A stretch of 32,000 bases of DNA from Candidatus Electronema aureum (GTDB lineage: Bacteria; Desulfobacterota; Desulfobulbia; Desulfobulbales; Desulfobulbaceae), in the NCBI GenBank assembly GCA_004284765.1, contig NQJD01000009.1:42625-74624 (forward strand), read 5' to 3'. Below, piece by piece: positions 15,541 through 23,916 of this stretch (its first letter is position 1; every line of letters starts with the position of its first letter). The translations under genes were made by a program, and so were the position numbers. Under the pieces are notes generated by a model that had not been told where the DNA came from, did no database searches, and saw only the letters and a list, made by a program, of their open reading frames with translations.

Positions 15541-17253
15541 ATGTTCCTCCCCACCACCTCGCAAGAACTCCAGCAGCTTGGCTGGGACCGCCTTGATGTC
15601 ATCCTTGTCAGCGGCGATGCCTACATCGACTCCCCCTTTATCGGTATCGCAGTGATTGGCCGGGTGCTGGAGGCGGCAGGTTTCCGGGTCGGCATCATCG
15701 CCCAGCCTGACCTGCACAGCGATGACATCCGCCGTCTTGGTGAGCCGCGCCTGTTCTGGGGCATCAGCGGCGGCTGCGTGGATTCGATGGTTGCCAACCA
15801 CACCGCCTCCGGCAAGAGGCGCAAGCAGGACGACTACACGCCGGGTGGCCTGAATACCCGCCGTCCCGACCGCGCTGTGCTTGCCTACGCCAACCTGATC
15901 CGCGCCCATTTCAAGCAGACCTGCCCGCTGGTGCTCGGCGGCATTGAGGCCAGCCTGCGCCGCATTGCCCACTACGACTGCTGGGCGAACACGGTGCGCC
16001 GCTCCATTCTCTTTGATGCCAAGGCCGATTACCTGCTCTACGGCATGGCCGAACGAAGCGTGGTTGAGCTGGCAAGCTGCCTCCGCGATGGCCAAGACCC
16101 CCGCCGCATCCGGGGCTTGTGTTATATCAGCAAAGAGCGGCCTGCGGACTATCTGGAGCTGCCCGCGTACAGCGAGGTTGCGGGCGCGGAGCGGGCGCGG
16201 AGGATGGCTTTCACCCGTATGTTCCGTCTCTTCTACGAGAACAACGACGCGCTCACTGCGCAGGGACTGGCCCAGCTGCACAGCGATCGCTGGCTGATCC
16301 AGAACCCGCCGCAGCCGCCGCTGACGCAGGAGGAGCTAGACCGCGTTCATAGCCTGCCGTATCAGCTTGATCTGCATCCTTCGCACAAGCAGCAGGGCCA
16401 AGTCCGCGCCTTGGAGACCATCCGCTTTGCCCTCATCACGCACCGGGGCTGCTACGGTGAGTGCAACTTCTGCGCCATTGCCGTGCATCAGGGCCGCACC
16501 GTCACGTGCAGAAGCCGCCAGTCTATTCTTGCTGAAGCGCGGCGGCTGACCAAGCATCCGGCCTTCAAGGGGCGCATCCACGATGTCGGCGGTCCGACCG
16601 CCAACATGTACGGCATCGAGTGCCGCAAGAAGCTGACCAAGGGCTGCTGCCCTGACCGCCGCTGCCTTTTCCCCGACATCTGCAAGAACATGGTGGTTGA
16701 TCACGGCGAACAACTGCGCCTGCTGGAGGAGCTGCGCTCGCTGCCGGGCGTGAAGCAGGCCGTGGTCTCGTCCGGCATCCGCTATGACCTGATCCTCGCT
16801 GACCGCAAGAACGGCCTGAGCTACCTGCGCCAGGTGGTGCGGCATCATGTTTCCGGCCAGATGAAGGTGGCACCGGAGCACTGCCAGCCGCACGTACTCG
16901 CCTGCATGGGCAAGCCGGGCGCGGACAGCCTGCTCCGCTTCCGCGAGCTGTTCACCCGCCTGACCAAGGAGGAGGGCCTGCCGCAGTTCCTCACCTATTA
17001 CATCATCGCCGCGCACCCCGGCTGCGCTCAGGCCGACATGCTCGCCCTGAAAGACTTCGCCCGCAAAGAACTGAAGGTGCTGCCCAAGCAGGTGCAGATC
17101 TTCACCCCCACGCCGTCAACTTGGTCAACGGTGATGTACTGGACAGGCGAGAACCCCTTCACCGGCCAGCCTTGCTCTGTGGAGAAAGACGCGCGGCGGC
17201 GGGAGCGGCAGAAGGAAGTGCTGACGGGAGCAGGGCAGGAGGGCGGCCAGTGA
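15541..17253 (+). CDS. ygiQ: YgiQ-family radical SAM protein (UPF0313)
   Basis: 570 aa. The N-terminus MFLPTT..EL..LGWD.LDVILVSGDAYIDSPF.GIAVIGRVLEAAGFRVGIIAQPD is the YgiQ hallmark. Cluster motif HRGCYGECNFC. Confidence 0.9.
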   Translation: MFLPTTSQELQQLGWDRLDVILVSGDAYIDSPFIGIAVIGRVLEAAGFRVGIIAQPDLHSDDIRRLGEPRLFWGISGGCVDSMVANHTASGKRRKQDDYTPGGLNTRRPDRAVLAYANLIRAHFKQTCPLVLGGIEASLRRIAHYDCWANTVRRSILFDAKADYLLYGMAERSVVELASCLRDGQDPRRIRGLCYISKERPADYLELPAYSEVAGAERARRMAFTRMFRLFYENNDALTAQGLAQLHSDRWLIQNPPQPPLTQEELDRVHSLPYQLDLHPSHKQQGQVRALETIRFALITHRGCYGECNFCAIAVHQGRTVTCRSRQSILAEARRLTKHPAFKGRIHDVGGPTANMYGIECRKKLTKGCCPDRRCLFPDICKNMVVDHGEQLRLLEELRSLPGVKQAVVSSGIRYDLILADRKNGLSYLRQVVRHHVSGQMKVAPEHCQPHVLACMGKPGADSLLRFRELFTRLTKEEGLPQFLTYYIIAAHPGCAQADMLALKDFARKELKVLPKQVQIFTPTPSTWSTVMYWTGENPFTGQPCSVEKDARRRERQKEVLTGAGQEGGQ

Positions 17254-17304
17254 AGGCCGTCCATTGATTGACTTTGCAGGAGCATATAACAAGGAGGCAG
17301 GATC

Positions 17305-18663
17305 ATGGACAACCAGTTCAGCAGCAAGGGCGGCGAGCAGAACGTCGGCCAAGGCGACCACGCCATTGGCAAGCAGGTCAACAACTACGGCATTCCCCCA
17401 GAGGTCTTTGCTGAGTACGCTGGCAAGCTCGCCGTCACGGACTCCGCCCTTGCCAGCTTCTTCAAGATACTGGAGGAGCAGCAAGTGCCGCCGGGCGACT
17501 TGGATGCCAAGCTGCGCGAGATAGCGGCCAACTACAAAGAACTGCTTGCCCGCGTGGGCGGCAACCAAGCGGCCAAGCAAGCGATTGAGCGCGGCGACTA
17601 CGCCAAGGCCGAGAAGCTGCTGGACGACGTTGCCAACCAGCACAGCCTTGCTGCTGCCGGGGCTTATGCCGACAACGCCCGCCTCCAGCGCATCCAGTTG
17701 CGCTACGCCAAGGCTGCCGTGTACTGGCAGAAGGCCGCCGCCCTGCTGCCGGATGACAAGAAGAAGGAACGCGCGCTCTATCTGCACAAGGCAGCCTTCG
17801 ACCTTGACCGCATCGCCAAGTACAAGGAAGCCCTGCCCCTGTATGAGCAGAGCCTGAGCTTATGCAGAGAGACCGGCGACAAGGCAGGCGAAGGCACGAC
17901 GCTGAACAACATCAGCCAGATTTACGATGCGCGGGGCGACTACCCCACTGCCCTGAAGTATCTGGAGCAAAGCTTAGTCATCAGGCAGGAGATTGGCGAC
18001 AAGGAAGGGGAAGGCGTGACGCTGAACAACATCAGCCAGATTTACCATGACCGGGGCGACTACGCCACTGCCCTGAAGTATTTGGAGCAAAGCCTACACA
18101 TCAGCCAAGAGATCGGCGATAGGGCAGTGGAAGGCACGACGCTGAACAACTTCGGCCTAATTTACCAGACGCGGGGCGACTACGGCCCGGCCCTGAAGTA
18201 TCTGGAGCAGAGCTTAGTCATCCATCGTGAAGTCGGCAACCAGACAATGGAAGGTACAACGCTGAGTAACATCGGTGCCCTTCACCATGCCAAGGGCGAC
18301 TACCCCACTGCCCTGAGCTATCTGGAGCAAAGCTTTATCATCAGCCAAGAGATAGGTAACAAAGCAGGGGAAGGAACAACGCTGAACAACATCAGCCAGA
18401 TTTACGATGCGCGGGGCGACTACGCCACTGCCCTAAAGTATCTGGAGCAGAACCTTGTCCTCTTCCGGGAGATCGGTGCCAAGAGAGAGGAAGCAGGTAC
18501 GAGCTGGAATATTGGTCTGAACTACGCAGAGCACGGCGACCTGAGCAAGGCGGAGCAATACATCAGCCGCGCTGTGCAGCTTATGGAGGCCCTCGCTCAT
18601 CCTAAGCTAGAGGAATGCCGCAAGCGTTTGGAAGCCGTCCGCGCCAAGCTCAAAGCACGGTAG
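17305..18663 (+). CDS. tetratricopeptide-repeat protein (kinesin-light-chain-like TPR_12 array)
   Basis: 452 aa. Six consecutive 40-aa units of the form G(D/N)KAGEGTTLNNISQIYDARGDYPTALKYLEQSL.I.QEI, after a non-repeat N-terminal ~190 aa. Confidence 0.85.
   Translation: MDNQFSSKGGEQNVGQGDHAIGKQVNNYGIPPEVFAEYAGKLAVTDSALASFFKILEEQQVPPGDLDAKLREIAANYKELLARVGGNQAAKQAIERGDYAKAEKLLDDVANQHSLAAAGAYADNARLQRIQLRYAKAAVYWQKAAALLPDDKKKERALYLHKAAFDLDRIAKYKEALPLYEQSLSLCRETGDKAGEGTTLNNISQIYDARGDYPTALKYLEQSLVIRQEIGDKEGEGVTLNNISQIYHDRGDYATALKYLEQSLHISQEIGDRAVEGTTLNNFGLIYQTRGDYGPALKYLEQSLVIHREVGNQTMEGTTLSNIGALHHAKGDYPTALSYLEQSFIISQEIGNKAGEGTTLNNISQIYDARGDYATALKYLEQNLVLFREIGAKREEAGTSWNIGLNYAEHGDLSKAEQYISRAVQLMEALAHPKLEECRKRLEAVRAKLKAR
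17875..18594 (+). repeat. six in-frame 120-bp tandem coding repeats inside the TPR gene
   Basis: The sequence has 120-nt periodicity. Units 1 and 5 (offset 480 nt) share an uninterrupted identical 45-nt run (17899-17943 = 18379-18423). Confidence 0.9.
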
Positions 18664-18708
18664 GGGCGAAAAATCGTGCGTCCGCTGCGCCCCGCCGGAC
18701 GCGGCTGA

Positions 18709-18890
18709 GGGAGGCATACGTATGCCTCCCCTTGGTCCCAACAGGTTGGTGCCGAGCGTCCCAGCAGGTTGCCTTACTCTGTCCCAACAGTATGCCTCCC
18801 ACCGAGCCAACCTGTTGGCGCACTCCGTCCCAACCTGTTGCCTTGCTCCGCACCAACCTGTTGCTTCCAGCCGAGGCATACGTATGCCTC
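18709..18890. repeat. non-coding element: six tandem 23-bp units bracketed by two copies of a perfect palindrome
   Basis: A 22-bp perfect palindrome GGGAGGCATACGTATGCCTCCC lies at 18709-18730. An 18-bp perfect palindrome GAGGCATACGTATGCCTC lies at 18873-18890. Between them are 23-bp units starting at 18735, 18758, 18781, 18804, 18827 and 18850 (6 x 23 = 138 nt, ending exactly at 18872), with consensus GTCCCAAC(AG/CT)GTTGCCTT.CTCC. Confidence 0.85.
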
Positions 18891-19124
18891 TGAGCGCGTC
18901 AAGCAGGCTGGCGATAAAAATCCCTCATAGAGGAGAAAAAGAGGTAAGGAGACGAACTCCTCTTAGGGTACCTTTTGCAAAGGCATGAAAGCAGCAGGTC
19001 AGCCACCTTGTCCTGACCTCAGAAATCTCTTCCGTAAAACCGCCCTGTATGTTTTATTTCCGGGTCAGTGGTTCATTCATCTTTGACAGAAACATTCAGC
19101 AGAACATTCTATAACGAGGCAATC

Positions 19125-20222
19125 ATGGGTTTCCAGTGCGGTATTGTCGGCCTACCTAACGTAGGTAAATCAACTATTTTCAATGCGTTAACCGCAGCAG
19201 CAATTGCAGCGGAGAATTACCCTTTCTGCACCATCGAACCCAATGTAGGCGTAGTACCGGTACCAGATAAGCGCTTAGATATCCTTTCTGCGTTGGCTAA
19301 AACCCGCAAAACCGTGCCAACTCAGATGGAATTCGTGGACATCGCGGGCTTGGTCAAGGGTGCCTCGCAAGGTGAAGGGCTGGGTAATCAGTTTCTTGGT
19401 CATATCAGGCAGGTAGATGCGGTACTGCATGTTGTCCGCTGCTTTGAGGATGATAACATTGTCCATGTTGATGGTTCGGTTGATCCTATCCGAGATGCAG
19501 AAGTCATCTCAATGGAATTGGTGCTGGCTGATTTAGATACCGTGAGCAAGCGGCTGAAGAAAACCCAAAGCCAAGCCAAATCCGGGGACAGGAAACTTAT
19601 TGAGGAAGCAGCCTTTCTGGAGCAGCTGCACGGAGTCTTAGATAAGGGACTCCCCGCCCGTGCCATCAAGCCGGAGACTGAGCCGCAGCGCGAATTGCTC
19701 CGAGAACTCTGCTTGCTTACAACCAAGCCAGTGTTATATGTGGCGAATGTCAGCGAGCAAGACATCGCTGCGGGTAATGCTTATGTGCAACGTCTGCAAG
19801 CACTTGCCGCGCAAGAAGGTGCCTCGGTTGTTACTATCGCCGGAGCGATTGAGCAGGAATTGAGTATCCTTGATGCAACGGAACAGCAAGAGTTTTTGGC
19901 CGACATGGGCTTGGAAGAGCCGGGCCTGCATCGTTTAATCCGCGCTGGCTATGAGCTGCTCGGTCTGATGACCTATTTCACCGTGGGCGAAAAGGAAACG
20001 CGGGCGTGGACGATCACCAAAGGCACCACCGCTCCGGGCGCAGCAGGCAAGATTCACAGCGACTTTGAACGAGGCTTCATCCGGGCTGAGGTCATTGCGT
20101 ATGACGACTATGTAGCTTGCGGCTCTGAAGCAGCTGCCCGCGACAAAGGAGTGCTGCGCTCAGAAGGCAAGGAGTACGTCGTCAAAGACGGCGACTGCAT
20201 GTTGTTCCGCTTCAACGTCTGA
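19125..20222 (+). CDS. ychF: redox-regulated ribosome-binding ATPase YchF
   Basis: MGFQCGIVGLPNVGKSTIFNALT...NYPFCTIEPNVGVV..., and the C-terminal TGS region ..IHSDFERGFIRAEVI..Y.D. The internal ATG 19125 of track ORF 19068.. matches the canonical YchF N-terminus. Confidence 0.95.
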   Translation: MGFQCGIVGLPNVGKSTIFNALTAAAIAAENYPFCTIEPNVGVVPVPDKRLDILSALAKTRKTVPTQMEFVDIAGLVKGASQGEGLGNQFLGHIRQVDAVLHVVRCFEDDNIVHVDGSVDPIRDAEVISMELVLADLDTVSKRLKKTQSQAKSGDRKLIEEAAFLEQLHGVLDKGLPARAIKPETEPQRELLRELCLLTTKPVLYVANVSEQDIAAGNAYVQRLQALAAQEGASVVTIAGAIEQELSILDATEQQEFLADMGLEEPGLHRLIRAGYELLGLMTYFTVGEKETRAWTITKGTTAPGAAGKIHSDFERGFIRAEVIAYDDYVACGSEAAARDKGVLRSEGKEYVVKDGDCMLFRFNV

Positions 20223-20247
20223 GCTGGCTGGAAACGTCTGGAGTTCG

Positions 20248-20276
20248 TTGACAAGCCTGCTGGCACAGAGTAGGGT
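20248..20276 (+). promoter_or_regulatory. possible sigma70-type promoter for the secreted-protein / beta-barrel / pbpC genes
   Basis: Perfect TTGACA at 20248-20253, a 17-nt spacer, then TAGGGT (20271-20276; matches positions 1, 2 and 6 of TATAAT). It lies ~55 nt upstream of the ATG at 20331. Confidence 0.35.
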
Positions 20277-20330
20277 TTAGATGAAGTCGTTTATCACAGT
20301 ACAACACTACGTTGATCAAGGAGATTCGTC

Positions 20331-20753
20331 ATGCGCATTCGTTTCAATCACCTGCTCCAGCTTTGTATTCTGACCGTATTTTTCATCGCCGTAGCTCTTC
20401 CTGCCCATGCTAAGTACGAGCCGCTGCCTGGAGAAGGCAAGAAGATTGAGATCGGCACGGAGTATTCATTTGTTTATCAGTTTGACAAGAAGCCGCAGCT
20501 TGGTGTTTCGATTCTCAAGATTCAAGTTGTTGATAAAGACGGCAAGCAGGACACTTCGCTCAAGATCACCGGTGATTCTGGAATGCCGTCGATGAGTCAT
20601 CATGATACCGGCGAGAAAGAGTTTAAGCTGAATAAGAAGGGCACATATCTTTTACCGGTGGATGTGGTTATGCCGGGCGGCTGGGCGGTGAAGCTGGTCT
20701 TCCGCAAAGAGGACAAGGTAATCTATCAAGGTATCATTACGTTCGATATCTGA
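20331..20753 (+). CDS. secreted YtkA/FixH-like small protein
   Basis: 140 aa with an AAGGAG SD. Signal peptide ..LCILTVFFIAVALPAHA|KY. Ig-like pattern with a Met/His patch: ..GDSGMPSMSHHDTG...GTYLLPVDVVMPGGWAVKLVF. Confidence 0.55.
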   Translation: MRIRFNHLLQLCILTVFFIAVALPAHAKYEPLPGEGKKIEIGTEYSFVYQFDKKPQLGVSILKIQVVDKDGKQDTSLKITGDSGMPSMSHHDTGEKEFKLNKKGTYLLPVDVVMPGGWAVKLVFRKEDKVIYQGIITFDI

Positions 20754-20768
20754 TTAAGGAGCTATGCC

Positions 20769-21755
20769 ATGCGTGCCCTGACTGCTGCCTTCATGCTCTG
20801 CGGATGTGCTGTGCTTCCGTCCGCTGCCTCCGCTTCCAGTCGCTTGCTCTATGTTGAAGCCCAGGGCGTGGCCGGATATTCGGACAAAGAGGATGACATC
20901 ATCTTCCATTCTGAAAGCGCGGAAGACGTGATGCAGAAATCCTCGGTCGGCTTTGATTTCATTCAGCGGCTGTCTGGTGATAGCGGCGACTACGGCATGA
21001 TCGCCATTCAGGGCAGGCTGGCGTATGATCCCGATGCTGAAGACGAGATTGAGCCGCAGCTGTACAACGCCTATTACAAACACAAGGCGGGCTGGGCAGA
21101 CATCTGGGCTGGCCACAACCGGCCTGCGCTTGGTCTCTCCTCGGTACTCGATACCCATGCCCAGCTCCTGCCAACGCTAACAATGGATGGTTTCGGCTTT
21201 GACCGCGATTGGGGCATGGGCGCAAGCCGTGATCTGGCCTGGGGCAACCTCAGCGCGTCAGTCACCAGCGGCAGCGGGATGCCGCTCCGCTTTGAGGGCA
21301 ATTATCTCGCCTCAGCCCGTATCGCCAAAGGCTTTCTTAATCAGGATAACTACAGTCTCGGCTTCTCGCTCGCACACGGCGAAACTCTGCACACCATGGG
21401 CTATGAAGTCATGCACGATGAGCCGATGGAACTGTCCTTGGCTGGGTTGGATTTCTCGTATCTCTGGGATAATTACGAAGTCCGCTTCGAGGCGATGGGC
21501 GGCACCAGCATGGATGAGGATGCTTATGCCTTGTTTGCTCGCTTCGGTGTCAATCTTTTAGATGAAGGTCGCCTGAAGCTGGAACTTCAGCCGAAATACA
21601 CAAAGATCGGCGACACGGACGGTTTTGAGTTCGCTGCCGGGCCTGCTTACCAACTCACGGATGAAATCACCCTACGAGCCATGTATCATTACGATGAGCT
21701 TGAAGACGAGCAGCGGGCGGTCATTCAGGTTTATTACTATAGCAAGGTGCTGTGA
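20769..21755 (+). CDS. putative outer-membrane beta-barrel / porin-like protein
   Basis: 328 aa. AAGGAG SD 7 nt upstream. Signal peptide MRALTAAFMLCGCAVLPSAASA. Alternating amphipathic beta-strand patterning and an acidic composition. No family recognised. Confidence 0.5.
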   Translation: MRALTAAFMLCGCAVLPSAASASSRLLYVEAQGVAGYSDKEDDIIFHSESAEDVMQKSSVGFDFIQRLSGDSGDYGMIAIQGRLAYDPDAEDEIEPQLYNAYYKHKAGWADIWAGHNRPALGLSSVLDTHAQLLPTLTMDGFGFDRDWGMGASRDLAWGNLSASVTSGSGMPLRFEGNYLASARIAKGFLNQDNYSLGFSLAHGETLHTMGYEVMHDEPMELSLAGLDFSYLWDNYEVRFEAMGGTSMDEDAYALFARFGVNLLDEGRLKLELQPKYTKIGDTDGFEFAAGPAYQLTDEITLRAMYHYDELEDEQRAVIQVYYYSKVL

Positions 21756-21816
21756 TTCCTCAGTCTCTCGGAATAACAGTATGGTAAGGGCACGGCACGC
21801 GGTACCCCTATAAAGG

Positions 21817-23850
21817 ATGAAAACATACCGCCGCGTTCTTCTCGTCACCACCCTGCTGTGCGGTGGCCTTTTTCTGCTCTATCTTCTCCTACCTCCGTCA
21901 CTGCTGCACAGACTGCCGGTTCCCTGCTCGGCTCAAGCACTTGACCGGCAGGGAAAGCTGCTGCACCTTTTCACCACCAAGGACGGCGGCTACTGGCGAC
22001 TACCCGCTCATCTTGCCCGCATCGACCCAGACTTTATCCGTCTGCTGCTGGCCTGCGAGGACCAGCGGTTCTGGTCGCACCACGGTGTTGATCCCTTAGC
22101 TTTAGGCCGTGCCGTGACTCAGCTTATTGGGCATCGCCGGGCGGTGTCTGGTGCCTCGACTATCACGATGCAGACCGTGCGCCTGCTGCGCCCGCGCACT
22201 CGCACTATTCTCAGTAAACTGATCGAAATGGCCGAGGCTCTACGCCTTGAGCGGCATCTGAGCAAAGCGGAGATTCTTGAGACCTATCTGACCTTAGCAC
22301 CTTACGGCGGCAATATTGAGGGAATCGAGGCGGCCTGCCGCTTCTATCTTCAGAAGGATGCGGCCCGGCTCACACCTTCCGAGGCGGCCTTGTTGATCAG
22401 TCTGCCCCAGTCGCCGGAGCGACGGCGGCCTGATCGTCACCCAGAGCAGGCGGAGCAAGCGCGTAACCGGGTGCTTGCCCGACTGGTTGAAAACGGTCTG
22501 CTCACCACTGAACAAGTGGCCTTGGCGCGAACGCAACTCATTCCCAACAAACGGCAACCAGCTCCCTTTCTTGCGCCTCACCTCTGCCGTCAGCTTCATG
22601 CAGCCCAACCTCAGCAAGAGCTACTTACTGTCTCCCTTGATCGTCAGCTTCAAGAGAAAATCGAGGTGCTTGCGAGCCAAGCGCAACAGCGATTAGGCGA
22701 AGGTGATCAAAGAACCGTGGCACTGCTGGTAGTTGATAACCGCAGTCGGCAGGTCTTGGCCCATGTTGGCTCTGGCAATTACCGAATCAGCAGCCTTGAC
22801 CTAACCAAAGCACGACGTTCGCCTGGCTCGGCCCTCAAGCCGTTCATCTACGGGCTGGCTTTTGAACAAGGCATCCTCCACCCGGAAACCAAGATTCTTG
22901 ACCGCCCGACCCACTTTGGTAGCTACGGCCCAGATAACTTCGACCGAACGCACCACGGTTGGGTGTCAATACGTGAGGCCTTGCAGCGTTCCCTCAATCT
23001 GCCTGCGGTGCAGGTGCTGGAGCGCATTGGGCCGCAGTCTATGCTGACTCGGTTTGCTGGCCTTGGTGTTTTCATGAGCGGTAACGGTGAGCAGGGACTC
23101 TCTTTGGCCTTGGGCGGCACCGCCACGAATCTCCGCGATATGACTGCTCTCTATGCGGCATTGGCTGACAAGGGCCGCTTTCGCCCGATTTCCTTTAACC
23201 CAACTGCTCTCCACAGTCCAGAGAACAGACTGCTTTCCTCAGTGGCAGCTGGGCAGGTGGATGACATCCTGCGCACGCTCTCTACGGTAACAGGACTGAG
23301 TGCCGTAGGCCGTATCCGCTACAAAACCGGTACGTCCTATGGCTTCCGGGATGCTTGGGCTTTGGGTTATACTGAGCAGTACACGGTTGGCATCTGGGTG
23401 GGACGGCCTGACGGCGGCTACGGCAAGCGCACCACCGGCGCAGATTCAGCCGTGCCGCTGTTGCTTCAAGTCTTTGCTGCTCTACCCGCGCAGGCAGGAG
23501 AGCTTGCCGAAGGTACTGCTGTTAGATTCAGGCAGATGAGCCATAGCCAGCTGCCTCCGCATCTTCAGTATTTCACTCGCTCGGCAGAGCCAAGCCAGCA
23601 AGCGAAGCCCCGCATTTATTTCCCTGTGGACGGTAGCTCTCTTCAGTTAGGCCGTAATCCTGTCCTTGTCCTCAAGGCCCACGGCGGCACTCCACCTTTT
23701 CACTGGCTGCTCAATGGCCAACCTTTAGGCCGCGAGCAGCAGGATGTCATTGCTTCCTGCGCTCCGCCAGGGCCGGGGTTGGCACAGATTACACTGATTG
23801 ACAGCCGGGGCCAGCGAGATAGAATTTCAGTGTGGGTAGAGGACGAGTAG
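21817..23850 (+). CDS. pbpC: penicillin-binding protein 1C (bifunctional transglycosylase / transpeptidase)
   Basis: 677 aa. GT51 motifs EDQRFWSHHGVD and GASTITMQ. Transpeptidase SxxK in RSPGSALKPF, plus KTGTS. A C-terminal PBP1C-type beta domain. Confidence 0.9.
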   Translation: MKTYRRVLLVTTLLCGGLFLLYLLLPPSLLHRLPVPCSAQALDRQGKLLHLFTTKDGGYWRLPAHLARIDPDFIRLLLACEDQRFWSHHGVDPLALGRAVTQLIGHRRAVSGASTITMQTVRLLRPRTRTILSKLIEMAEALRLERHLSKAEILETYLTLAPYGGNIEGIEAACRFYLQKDAARLTPSEAALLISLPQSPERRRPDRHPEQAEQARNRVLARLVENGLLTTEQVALARTQLIPNKRQPAPFLAPHLCRQLHAAQPQQELLTVSLDRQLQEKIEVLASQAQQRLGEGDQRTVALLVVDNRSRQVLAHVGSGNYRISSLDLTKARRSPGSALKPFIYGLAFEQGILHPETKILDRPTHFGSYGPDNFDRTHHGWVSIREALQRSLNLPAVQVLERIGPQSMLTRFAGLGVFMSGNGEQGLSLALGGTATNLRDMTALYAALADKGRFRPISFNPTALHSPENRLLSSVAAGQVDDILRTLSTVTGLSAVGRIRYKTGTSYGFRDAWALGYTEQYTVGIWVGRPDGGYGKRTTGADSAVPLLLQVFAALPAQAGELAEGTAVRFRQMSHSQLPPHLQYFTRSAEPSQQAKPRIYFPVDGSSLQLGRNPVLVLKAHGGTPPFHWLLNGQPLGREQQDVIASCAPPGPGLAQITLIDSRGQRDRISVWVEDE

Positions 23851-23916
23851 GGTGCTGCGGCCCCTACACCTGCTTGCAAACATCGTGGATCCAGGATGCA
23901 AATCAAGCCTTGATGA

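Noticed and set aside
15460-17787. Long minus-strand ORFs (15460..16281, 273 aa; 16336..17016, 226 aa; 17125..17787, 220 aa)
   Set aside because: They lie antisense to ygiQ and the TPR gene, both of which have unmistakable family motifs. Their products are low-complexity and Ala/Arg/Gly/Leu-rich, typical of shadow frames in GC-rich DNA. They lack SD sequences.
18735-18872. CRISPR array interpretation of the 23-bp repeats
   Set aside because: The units are directly abutting with no unique spacers, they are degenerate, and half are in reverse-complement core orientation. No cas genes are in the window.
18607-18988. Four overlapping ORFs (both strands) across the 23-bp repeat region
   Set aside because: The repeat period (23 nt) is not a multiple of 3 and the region is an inverted-repeat structure. 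Open frames in several phases on both strands are a by-product of stop-poor repeat composition.
18985-19025. Possible SRP (4.5S) RNA because of 'gaaagcagcaggtcag'
   Set aside because: The conserved GGAAGGAAGCAGCC/symmetric-loop helix-8 motif is not present, and the flanking sequence cannot form the long SRP hairpin.
20261-20276. Sigma-54 promoter (TGGCAC at 20261-20266)
   Set aside because: The -12 element is missing: five nt downstream the sequence is AGGG, not TTGC. The overlapping TTGACA-17-TAGGGT sigma70-type reading is more plausible.
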